From: an uncultured Planctomycetota bacterium
GTDB taxonomy: Bacteria > Planctomycetota > Planctomycetia > Gemmatales > Gemmataceae
Direction: 5' to 3'
DNA length: 64,000 nucleotides
Assembly (NCBI GenBank): GCA_963849325.1
Contig: CAWKHF010000002.1
Coordinates: forward strand, 909,026-973,025
Positions 12,185-21,196 of the stretch are shown here, in pieces (within the stretch, counting starts at the first letter, position 1; each line of letters starts with the position of its first letter). The notes under the pieces were generated by a model. That model did not search any database and was not told where the DNA came from. It saw only the letters and a list, made by a program, of their open reading frames with translations. The position numbers were made by a program, and so were the translations under genes.

Positions 12185-13475
12185 ATGAACATTCTTCGCA
12201 TCAGCAACGGCCGCGTCATCGACCCCGCGCAGGGCATCGACCAGGTAACGGACCTGTGGATTCGCGGCGAGCACGTCCTCGGCGTCGGGCCGCACCCCTC
12301 GACGCAGGCCGACCACGTCCTCGACGCCACGGGCAAGATCGTCTGTCCTGGACTGATCGACATGCACGTCCACCTGCGCGAGCCGGGACGCGAGGAGGAC
12401 GAGACCATCAGCACCGGCACGGCGGCGGCGCTGGCCGGCGGCGTCACGTCGGTGGCCTGCATGCCCAACACCGAGCCGGCCCTGGACAGCCAGGCGGCGG
12501 CCGAGTTCGTCCACTTGCAGGCCAAACGCGCCGGCAACGCCAACGTCTTCCCCATCGGCGCCATCACCAAGGGACGGCACGGCAAGGAACTGGCGGAGAT
12601 CGGCGGTCTCGTCGAGGGCGGGGCCGTCGCCTTCACCGATGACGGTTCGCCGGTGCAAAGCGCCGAGATCATGCGCCGCGCCATGGAATACTGCAAGATG
12701 TTCGACAAGGCCGTCCTCAGTCATTCCGAGGACCTCGACCTGACGCGCGGCGGCGTCATGAACGAGGGCTTCGAGAGCATGCGTCTGGGTCTGCGCGGCA
12801 TGCCGGCCGCCGCCGAGGAGGTCATGGTCTACCGCGAGATCGCCCTGGCCGAGCTGACCGGGGCGCGCGTCCACATCCTGCACGTCTCCACGGCCGGCAG
12901 CGTCGAGCTGATCCGCCGCGGCAAGCAGCGCGGCGTCCGCGTCAGCGGCGAAGCCTGCCCGCACCATTTCACCCTGACCGACAAGTGCCTGCGCACCTTC
13001 GACAGCAATTACAAAATGGCGCCGCCGCTGCGTACCGAAGAGGACGTGCAAGCCATCCTGGCGGGCCTGTGCGACGGCACGCTCGAAGTGATCGCCACCG
13101 ATCACGCCCCGCACGCCCCGGAGAAGAAGATGCGCGAGCTGGACCAGGCGCCCAACGGCATCATCGGCCTGGAGACGCTGTTGCCCGTCTGCGTCAAGGC
13201 GCTGATCGAGCCGGGGCACCTGACCTGGCCGCAGCTCATCGAGAAGCTGACCGTCAATCCGGCACGCGTGCTCGGCATCGACCGCGGCACTCTCAAGCCG
13301 GGGGCGGTCGCCGACGTGACGATCCTCGATCCGGCCGTCGAGTGGACCATCGACCCGGCGCAGCTTCCGATCCAAGAGCCGCAACTGTCCGTTCGCCGGC
13401 TGGCAGGTGCGCGGCTGGGCGGATACCGTGCTGGTCGGCGGAGCCATCAAGTTCCAGCGCGATGGCGCGGCGTGA
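12185..13475 (+). CDS. pyrC: Dihydroorotase (frameshift near 13365)
   Basis: PGLIDMHVHLREPG, CMPNT, IATDHAPH, GIIGLET; C-terminal SKSRNCPF..G in shifted frame. Confidence 0.92.
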
Positions 13476-13521
13476 GCAGGTGAAGTGCGGCAAGCGTTGG
13501 CGTCGCTCGGACCTGCCGGCA

Positions 13522-16128
13522 TCACTTCTTCAATTGACTGGTAATACTCGGGTCGGTGATGCGCGCGTCCTCCGCCAGCAGGAAGGCTTTGCTGAGGATG
13601 ACCGACAGCGTGCTGTCTCCCTCGAACGGCAACAAGACACGCTCCTGCCCGGCCGTCGTCTGCCGGGGCACGATGCACAGGTATTGATCGTTCGGTGCCA
13701 TCAGGATGTTGCCGCTGCCCAGGTGGATCTTGTAGCTCCGCAGCGTGCCGCGAACGATCAGGAAACGCTCCGACAGCGTGCAGCGGTCGGCGATCTTGAG
13801 GCGCGGAACCAGCCGTTCCAGCAAGGCGCGTCGCGTCTGCGCCGTGGCGGAGAGTTCGCCGAACGAATAGCTCTGCCAGTAATCGCGATAACGCCCTTCC
13901 GGCCCGCCGTCCGACCAGTTGGGGTCGTTGCCGACGCTGGCCACGCCGACGAACAGATCGACATCGCGCAGGATCTCGGAGAAGACCAGGGCCGGTATCT
14001 TCTCCATCGGCAACGGCTCATCGCTCTCCTGGTCCCAGCGGCCATAACCGCCGCCGCCGGCATGGGCATGCAATTGCGGAGCGTTCAACTCGTAGAAGCG
14101 CACCTGATCGGTCGTCAGATAGAGAAAGGCTCCGGCGTCGTTGGTATCGCGGCCATACTCGTCGCCCGCGCCTTCGATCCAGTATTCCGCCCGCAGCCCC
14201 CAGGCCGGCAGCAACCGATGGGCCGGAGGATAGCTGTCATCCACCATCAGCCGCAGCTTGTTCTTCCAACCGCGCGCGGCGCAAAGAGCATGGAACTGGT
14301 GCTGGCGAAGGACGTGGGCGGCGAAACGATTGGAATACGTGTTCGTGCGGCGCTCCGCGTCGGTGAGCAAATAGACCTCTCGATGCGCTTGCTTGAACGG
14401 TTGAATCACTTCGCGTCGCTCCAGCCAATCGCGCCACGCCAGCACTTCCTCCATCGCCTGGCCGATGGGATGCCATAGGGAGACGGTTGCTTCATCCGTG
14501 AGGTTCAACGGCTTGCCGTTGACGCCAACCAGGCTGCCGCCGTGCCAGATGCCGTTGATCGTTCGGCTTTTGGCGGTGAACGACCAGATGAGGCGGCGGG
14601 CGATGGTGCCGATCAGCGGATGGTCCAGGTAGCGTTCGCGCCAGACACTCAGGGGCCAGGACTTGCGGCTGAGAAACAACGTATCGAGGCGTTCGCGCTG
14701 GGCGGGCAGCATGGCGTTGATGTCCTTGACCGCCGCTTGCAATTCCTTGAGTTCCGCCGCGTGTTCCTTCTTCACGGCGGCGGGAGTGGACTTGATCGGT
14801 TTGTCCTGCTTGAGCCAGTGCAAGGCGGCGGAGCTGCCATCGACGGTCAGCTCGGCCTGGTACTCGCCGAACGATTCGCGGAGTTGACCGACATCCTCCA
14901 GACCATACGACGGCACGGCCAATTCTTCGATGTCCTCGCGCGGCAGGTTTTCGCGCGCCGCCGCGGCATGGAACGCTTTGTCGATTTCCTTCTGGGCGGT
15001 GCCGAACTTGACCTTCACTTTCAAGAGGGCGAGCTGGCCGATGGGCGGCAGACCGGGCATCAGGCCCAGGGCCGTCACGCAGGCATTGCCCAGCGACACC
15101 AGGCGCGGTCCCTTGCCTGGAATTTTTCGGTAGGCGCTACGGCGCAGGCGAGTCAGGGCGCGGGCCAGGTCCGCGTCTTCGCGCAGGCCGGCACACCAGG
15201 CGAGGCCGCGAAGCAGCTCGACATGCACAGGAATGATGAGGTTGTCGTAATCCGGTTCCCAGTTATTCTGCCGCTCCCGGGGTAGCGTTCGGGGTTTATC
15301 CACCAGCGGGAACCAGCGTAGAACGTGTTCTTTGAAGGCGTCGAAGCCGACAGCGTCAAGCAGCCGTCGTGCTTCTTCGGCCCAGCGTTCCGTAAACTTA
15401 CCGCACCCGCCGGTTTGACAATGAATCAGCAGTGCATTCCAGGACTTGCTTGCTCTGGCTCTCATTTTGCGCAGATCGGCCAGGGCGGCATCGGACCAAG
15501 CTTCTCCTTCTTCGAGATGGATCATCGGGCTGCCCGCGAGCCGTGTTTGCAAGCGGTCAGCGACCTTGCGGCTATCCTTATCGTTCGAGTCCTCGCGCAA
15601 AAGAGCGATGAACGTTTCCAGTGTGGCACGGAGGGAATCGCCGCTTTCATTTCCTTCCGCAAAGTTCTCGATAGCGGCCGCCATGCCGGATAGAGGATAG
15701 TAAAAGTTATATTTGTACTGGATGCCATCGGCGGCCCGGATCGGCCATTGAAACAGGCGGATCAAGGTCGCCTCGCTTAACGGCAAGGCACGGCGTAAGA
15801 GTCCTCGCAGCGTTTCTACAAACGGCCAGCGTGAGGTCCAGATGAGGGTCCATTCTCGCACATTCCGCTTCCGCTCCTGTGGATCGAACGCGGCGATCTT
15901 TGCTTCCAAGTCCTCCAAACGGTCGAGGATCGCGTTCACGAGAGCAGCTTGCGTCTCGCCGTCCTGGGCCAGAATCGCCTTACCCTTCGGGAAATCGTTG
16001 AGTTTTTTATTGTAACAGCCGCCCGGAAAACACTTGGAATTGAACTCTTCCACGAACTTATCCAGCAGTTCGTTGGCCTTCCTCTCTGTCTCGGAAAGCG
16101 GGGGCGCATGGGGTTTTCTCTTCGCCAT
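13522..16128 (-). CDS. DUF4132 domain-containing protein
   Basis: 868 aa; LGNAC..ALG, YLDHPL, LWHP, QPFKQAHREVY, SNRFAAH, FSEILRDVDLFVGVAS, YKIHLGSGNI. Confidence 0.75.
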   Translation of the reverse strand: MAKRKPHAPPLSETERKANELLDKFVEEFNSKCFPGGCYNKKLNDFPKGKAILAQDGETQAALVNAILDRLEDLEAKIAAFDPQERKRNVREWTLIWTSRWPFVETLRGLLRRALPLSEATLIRLFQWPIRAADGIQYKYNFYYPLSGMAAAIENFAEGNESGDSLRATLETFIALLREDSNDKDSRKVADRLQTRLAGSPMIHLEEGEAWSDAALADLRKMRARASKSWNALLIHCQTGGCGKFTERWAEEARRLLDAVGFDAFKEHVLRWFPLVDKPRTLPRERQNNWEPDYDNLIIPVHVELLRGLAWCAGLREDADLARALTRLRRSAYRKIPGKGPRLVSLGNACVTALGLMPGLPPIGQLALLKVKVKFGTAQKEIDKAFHAAAARENLPREDIEELAVPSYGLEDVGQLRESFGEYQAELTVDGSSAALHWLKQDKPIKSTPAAVKKEHAAELKELQAAVKDINAMLPAQRERLDTLFLSRKSWPLSVWRERYLDHPLIGTIARRLIWSFTAKSRTINGIWHGGSLVGVNGKPLNLTDEATVSLWHPIGQAMEEVLAWRDWLERREVIQPFKQAHREVYLLTDAERRTNTYSNRFAAHVLRQHQFHALCAARGWKNKLRLMVDDSYPPAHRLLPAWGLRAEYWIEGAGDEYGRDTNDAGAFLYLTTDQVRFYELNAPQLHAHAGGGGYGRWDQESDEPLPMEKIPALVFSEILRDVDLFVGVASVGNDPNWSDGGPEGRYRDYWQSYSFGELSATAQTRRALLERLVPRLKIADRCTLSERFLIVRGTLRSYKIHLGSGNILMAPNDQYLCIVPRQTTAGQERVLLPFEGDSTLSVILSKAFLLAEDARITDPSITSQLKK

Positions 16129-16132
16129 TGGC

Positions 16133-16528
16133 TTACCCTCCCACCAACGGCATCAGACGCAGGAAGGTCACGCTCGTTCCCGCTTCGATGACGAACTCCT
16201 CGTCCAGCGATTCGGTCTGCCGGTCGTTGAGGAGGATCAGAATCTGGTTGTGCTCGAAGCCTTCGATGACGCGCTCGAATTGCCGCTTCCAATCCAGCAT
16301 GCGCGGCTTCTGGAGCTTCCAGCCGTTGAGGGTTTTTTCGGCGTCTTCCGGCTGGACCAGGCCGTGATAGACCTGGCCTTGCTTGATGTTGTAATCTTGC
16401 ACTTCCTGATAGACCCGGCTGCGAAGAAGCTCGCGGACGGTCATCCGCTCCGCGGTCACGTTCAGATCCCATTCGCGGTGCGTTCCCGCGCCGAGTGTTT
16501 CGTCTCGAATAATCACGGTTGCGCTCAT
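16133..16528 (-). CDS. Small ubiquitin/Urm1/MoaD-like protein with C-terminal Gly-Gly
   Basis: RBS GGAGA then ATG 16528; 131 aa ending ILILLNDRQ...EAGTSVTFLRLMPLVGG*. Confidence 0.7.
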   Translation of the reverse strand: MSATVIIRDETLGAGTHREWDLNVTAERMTVRELLRSRVYQEVQDYNIKQGQVYHGLVQPEDAEKTLNGWKLQKPRMLDWKRQFERVIEGFEHNQILILLNDRQTESLDEEFVIEAGTSVTFLRLMPLVGG

Positions 16529-16714
16529 GGGTTGTCTCCGGCCCGTGTCCCGATCGAAAAGCAACCACGACAAAGCCACTGTAATCCTGAAGATCCTCGG
16601 CCGCAAGGATGGTAGTTCCCGAAAGCGCGCCGATTCGTCTTGCACAAGCACGTTCGTCTCGCTATAGCAGCCGCATTCCAGATTCAGGCGCGAAATACCG
16701 CCGGGGAGGGGACC

Positions 16715-17428
16715 ATGCGGCGCTGTCCGCCGATTGCTCGGATCGCACTGCGCGCGGGAGGTTGGCTCGGTCTGCTGATGGCGGCGGGATGCATGCCCCT
16801 CGGCTATGCCTATCCCACGGTCTCCTACGTCGCGCCCTTCCGTGTCCAGGCGCCGCGCGACGAGGTCCACGCCTTCCGCGTGGACGTGGTAGACGACGAC
16901 AACAGCACCGAGACCCACGAGAGGGACCGTTACGTCTTGCAGCCGTTGCCGCTGCACCGCGACGGCAGCTGCGATCCGCAGATGAAAGTCGCCGTCGATT
17001 ACGGCTGGATCTTGAATTCGTTCGCCCTCTACTACGAGGGACGGACGCACCACACCATGCTGGTGCGCCTGTACCGGCCGGGCTACCAGACCATCGAGAT
17101 CGAATCGTGGCAGAAGGACATGAAGGTGAAATGGGTCGAGGCGTCCGCACTCGACGAGCGCGAGCAAGCGATCGACGACCTGATTTCGACGTGGAACACG
17201 ACGCCGGCGCGAATTCAGAATCGGGTCGCTCGCACCGGCTTCGTGCCGCCGCGCGACCCGCTGGTGTTTCACTACCTCGCCGGCGGCTCGGCCTCGGACG
17301 AGCACAGGCGGACCCTGCAATTCGCCGCCAAGGAGTACGAGCGCTTGCTGAACGAGACGCACGACGACGACATGCACGCACGGCTGGAAACGAAGGTAAA
17401 AGCCCTGCGTCAGCTGGCGGCGAAATAG
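16715..17428 (+). CDS. Hypothetical lipoprotein
   Basis: RBS GGAGGG, hydrophobic stretch with lipobox-like AAGC. Confidence 0.65.
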   Translation: MRRCPPIARIALRAGGWLGLLMAAGCMPLGYAYPTVSYVAPFRVQAPRDEVHAFRVDVVDDDNSTETHERDRYVLQPLPLHRDGSCDPQMKVAVDYGWILNSFALYYEGRTHHTMLVRLYRPGYQTIEIESWQKDMKVKWVEASALDEREQAIDDLISTWNTTPARIQNRVARTGFVPPRDPLVFHYLAGGSASDEHRRTLQFAAKEYERLLNETHDDDMHARLETKVKALRQLAAK

Positions 17429-17444
17429 CCGGCACGGAGGACGG

Positions 17445-18107
17445 TCACAACGGCTTGACGAGGAGGTTGCGGAACTCGACGCGGCCGTCGTGGCTCTGCA
17501 CGCCCAGATGGCCCTTCGGCCGCTGCAAACCGGGGTGCTGTTCGAAGTGTGCCTTGTAGTCGTCGAGGTTGGCGTCCGTGACGATCTCGCCGTTGAGTTC
17601 GATCGTGAGGCGGCGGCCGCGAGCGAGGATGCGCATCTTGTTCCACTCGCCGGGCCCCTTGCCGGGTAGCTTCGAGGGAGGAACGACACCGTAGATGGAA
17701 CCCGTGTGCTGCGTCGGCTTCAGCTTGTACCTGTGGACCTTCTCGTAGTTGGCGTCGTCGATGAGCTGAATCTCGATGCCCTTGCTGGACACGGCGCCGG
17801 TCAGCGGAGCGCGCACGGCCACGCCACTGTTGCCGCCGTCCTTGTCCCAGCGGTACTCCAACCGCAGCTCGAAGTCGCCGTACTCCTTCTCCGTCAGCAG
17901 CCAGCCGCCGCCGCTGCCGGTGGTACACAGCAAGCCCTTGTCCGCGCCCCACACCTCCATCTTGCCGCCGTAAGCCTTCCAGCCGTTCAAGTCCTTGCCA
18001 TTGAATAACGCCTCAAAACCCTCGGGTATGTCTTTTTCAGCGGACCCGGCGAAAGAAAGCAGACCGAGCAAGGCGCCCAGGGTCAACGGAACGATGGCGC
18101 GGCGCAT
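17445..18107 (-). CDS. DUF1080 (3-keto-disaccharide hydrolase-like) secreted protein
   Basis: LFNGKDLNGW, YGDFEL, GNSG, EIQLID, GSIYG, GEWN, VEFRN. Confidence 0.9.
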   Translation of the reverse strand: MRRAIVPLTLGALLGLLSFAGSAEKDIPEGFEALFNGKDLNGWKAYGGKMEVWGADKGLLCTTGSGGGWLLTEKEYGDFELRLEYRWDKDGGNSGVAVRAPLTGAVSSKGIEIQLIDDANYEKVHRYKLKPTQHTGSIYGVVPPSKLPGKGPGEWNKMRILARGRRLTIELNGEIVTDANLDDYKAHFEQHPGLQRPKGHLGVQSHDGRVEFRNLLVKPL

Positions 18108-18244
18108 GAGGGTATCTCCGAAGACGGATAGGGCGAGGCTGGAACGCTCCAGCGGCTGGACTGCGATTATGGGGCGGCCAACGCGGCAACGCAAGGGGCC
18201 GGCGAAAAAGGTGGACGATGGGCGGGCCGGGGTGTAAGGTTATC

Positions 18245-18465
18245 TCCTGTCTCGACAGGTTCTCCCTGTCCCCGAGTGGGAGGGGAGACAATAGGGAAAA
18301 CGGTGCGAATCCGTTGCGGGGCCGCCGCTGTGATCGGCCAGGTCTCCGAACATTCTCAGACCACTGCGAATCGGCGTTGACGCCGGACGCGGGAAGGTCG
18401 TTCGGGACCGCGAAGCAGATTGCCCATCTGCTCCAGGAGCCGTAAGCCAGAAGACCTGCCTGCCG
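18245..18465 (+). promoter_or_regulatory. Cobalamin riboswitch
   Basis: Motifs in order: AGGT, AATAGGGAA, CGGTGCGAATCCG, GCCGCCGCTGTGA, CCACTG, GGGAAGGT, B12-box AGCCAGAAGACCTGCC. Confidence 0.92.
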
Positions 18466-18592
18466 AGGGTTGTGTTCCGATGCTTCGGCCTCAAGCATCC
18501 GGGCAGGCCCTTTCGCCATCGCGACGAATCCTGGCCCCCTTGCCAAGCCGAAGCAGTCTCCTTTGCCCGTGCCGGCAGAAAGGACTGTTTCC

Positions 18593-19399
18593 ATGCTGCG
18601 CTCCCCGTCCCGTCGTCGTCCGTCCGCTTTCACCCTGATCGAGCTGCTCGTCGTCATCGCCATCATCGCCATCCTGATCGGCCTGCTGCTGCCGGCCGTG
18701 CAGAAGGTGCGCGAGGCCGCCGCGCGAACGCAGTGCGCCAACAACCTCAAACAGCTGACCCTGGCGGTCCATAATTATGAGTCCGCCAACCAGATCATTC
18801 CTCCCGAGAACGGTCCGTATGGCGGTCCCCCCGGTTATACAACGCAATGGTGGTTCGCCCAAACGAGCTACGATGCCAACTTCAACCTGATCTACGACCC
18901 GACGCAAGGGATTCTCACTCCCTACTACGAGAACAACGCCAAGGTGACCATGTGTCCGAGCCTCAACGCCCCGCCGGGGTTCTTCTCCTACACGTCTCCG
19001 ACGGGGCAACCTCTCACCGGCGGCTACGGCTACAACCAGGCGATCGGGAGTCAGCGCATGGTGCAGATCCAATCGACGAGCACGACGTACCTTTTCTGCG
19101 ATTCCGCTCTGCTGGCTTTGTGCTCCGGCGGTTCCTGCACCATGCAAGAGTCGGACGCCATCGTTGGGCCGGTCCCGTTGGCCGCGAATGGGCCGTTTGG
19201 AATCAATCAGGCGCTGACGCATTTCCGGCACACCAACGTCGCCAACATGGCGTTTCTCGACGGCCACGTCGGAACCGTGCTCCTCACCTATTCGCCGTTG
19301 GACCCCAGCTGGCCGGCGAACGCGGCGACGTATCTTCAGACGAACCAACTCGGTTTCCCGACCAACGCGAACGCGCCCTACGCGGGCAACGGTTCGTGA
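18593..19399 (+). CDS. DUF1559 prepilin-type (H-X9-DG) protein
   Basis: [56 protein letters not shown]. Confidence 0.93.
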   Translation: MLRSPSRRRPSAFTLIELLVVIAIIAILIGLLLPAVQKVREAAARTQCANNLKQLTLAVHNYESANQIIPPENGPYGGPPGYTTQWWFAQTSYDANFNLIYDPTQGILTPYYENNAKVTMCPSLNAPPGFFSYTSPTGQPLTGGYGYNQAIGSQRMVQIQSTSTTYLFCDSALLALCSGGSCTMQESDAIVGPVPLAANGPFGINQALTHFRHTNVANMAFLDGHVGTVLLTYSPLDPSWPANAATYLQTNQLGFPTNANAPYAGNGS

Positions 19400-19465
19400 G
19401 CCGGCGACGGGGGTACGGTCCTAGAATGAAAGGGGTTCGTTTCTCTTTTGCCAGGAGACCCCTTC

Positions 19466-19882
19466 ATGGCCGTATCCCCTAACGGTGCCGCTCTGCTGCG
19501 CCGTTCGATGTTGAAATCGAAGCTCCATCGCCTCACCGTCACGCACGCCGACGTCGATTACGAAGGCAGTGTGACGATCGACGCGCGCTTGCTCGAAGCG
19601 GCGGACATTCTGCCGTATGAGGAAGTCCACGTCTGGAACGTGACGCGCGGCAGTCGGCTGCGCACCTACGCCATGGCCGCGGAGTCCGGCTCCGGCATCG
19701 TCTGCGTCAACGGCGCCGCCGCCCACCTCGCCCAGCCCGGCGACCTCGTCATCGTGGCCACGTTCACGCAAATGGACGATACCGCGGCCCACATCCATCG
19801 GCCGCGCATCGTCCTGATCGGTTCGGACAACCGCATCCGCGAGACCGGAGCGGAGGAAGTCGCCGGGCCAGGCCGGCGCTAG
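19466..19882 (+). CDS. panD: Aspartate 1-decarboxylase
   Basis: [16 protein letters not shown] (Gly-Ser cleavage), TYA, NGAAAH, GDLVI. Confidence 0.95.
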   Translation: MAVSPNGAALLRRSMLKSKLHRLTVTHADVDYEGSVTIDARLLEAADILPYEEVHVWNVTRGSRLRTYAMAAESGSGIVCVNGAAAHLAQPGDLVIVATFTQMDDTAAHIHRPRIVLIGSDNRIRETGAEEVAGPGRR

Positions 19883-19894
19883 GAGAAAAGGTCA

Positions 19895-21010
19895 ATGAAG
19901 ATCGTTGACGTGCGTGTCACGGGATTGTCGGGCGGAACGGTGGACGGCGGTTGGCCGCAGGGCAACCGGCCGGAAGAAGACCTCAACACTATTCTGGAGG
20001 TACTGACCGACGAGGGTTTGGTCGGCGTCGGCAGCGCCATGACGAGCAAGGGTCTGGTAGCCGCCGCGGTCGATCTGCTGCGGCCGCACCTGATCGGCGA
20101 ACGGGCCGACGAGCCGGCGCGCGTCAGCGAGAAGCTGCGGCAGGCGACGTTCTGGCAGGGCCGCGGCGGCGCCGTCGAACACGCCATCAGCGGCCTCGAC
20201 ATCGCCCTGTGGGACTTGATGGGGCACATCTGCGGCCAGCCCGTCAGTCGATTGCTCGGCGGCCGTTACCGCACGCGCATCAAACCCTACGGCTCGATCC
20301 TGTTCGACGAGCCGGGTCCGCTGCGCGAGACCCTGCGGCAAACGGTGGCGCGCGGCTTTCGAGCGATCAAGCTGGGCTGGCGACCGTTCGGCCGCCGCGA
20401 TCGCCGCACTGATGAGCTTCTGGTGCGAACGGCGCGCGAGACGGTCGGGCCGGATGTCGAGTTGATGGTTGATGCCGGCGGCAGCGAACAGTTCTGGCCG
20501 CACGGTTACAAGTGGGCGCTGGAAACCGCGAAGATGCTGGCCGACTATGACGTCGTCTGGTTCGAGGAGGCGCTGCCGCCGGATGACCTCGAAGGGTATG
20601 TCGAGTTACGTCGCCATTCGCCGGTGCCAATCGCCACCGGCGAGGTGCTGACGCGACGGCAGAGCTTTCGTCCTTTTCTCGAACGACATGCCGTGGACAT
20701 CATTCAACCGGATTGTACCAAGTGCGGGGGTCTGACCGAGGCGTGGCGCATCGGCTGGATGTCCTACGAGCACAATATCCTGCTGGTGCCGCACGGTTGG
20801 AACACGGCCATCGGCCTGGCCGCGGATCTGGCCCTCGTCGCCTCGATCCCGGTGGCCCGTTACGTCGAGTATCTGACTCCTTCGCCCTACATCGAGGAGA
20901 TCATCACCGAGCCGTTCCAAATGGACGCCGAGGGTTATCTGCCCATCCCGGATAAGCCCGGCCTAGGGATCGAACTCAACCGGGAAGCGTTGAAGAAGTA
21001 CGGTTTTTAG
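19895..21010 (+). CDS. Mandelate racemase/muconate lactonizing enzyme family protein
   Basis: SGLDIALWDL, LMVDA, WFEE, ATGE, IIQPD..KCGG, PGLGIE. Confidence 0.9.
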   Translation: MKIVDVRVTGLSGGTVDGGWPQGNRPEEDLNTILEVLTDEGLVGVGSAMTSKGLVAAAVDLLRPHLIGERADEPARVSEKLRQATFWQGRGGAVEHAISGLDIALWDLMGHICGQPVSRLLGGRYRTRIKPYGSILFDEPGPLRETLRQTVARGFRAIKLGWRPFGRRDRRTDELLVRTARETVGPDVELMVDAGGSEQFWPHGYKWALETAKMLADYDVVWFEEALPPDDLEGYVELRRHSPVPIATGEVLTRRQSFRPFLERHAVDIIQPDCTKCGGLTEAWRIGWMSYEHNILLVPHGWNTAIGLAADLALVASIPVARYVEYLTPSPYIEEIITEPFQMDAEGYLPIPDKPGLGIELNREALKKYGF

Positions 21011-21028
21011 AAGCCCTAACTTTTTGCT

Positions 21029-21085
21029 GACTAGCCCGGAGCGCCAGCGACGGGTCCGACCCGTCGCTGGCGCTCCGGGCTAGTC
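21029..21085. repeat. REP-like palindrome
   Basis: GACTAGCCCGGAGCGCCAGCGACGGGTC-C-GACCCGTCGCTGGCGCTCCGGGCTAGTC perfect inverted repeat. Confidence 0.9.
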
Positions 21086-21196
21086 GGGTATTCGGCCCGG
21101 AGGAAAATCGTGTATCAAATCGTCACGAGCGGGTAGTTATAAGGTAGAGGCAGGCGCTGCGATCCACAAAGCAGGCGGGACGGCAAGGTAGGTGAG

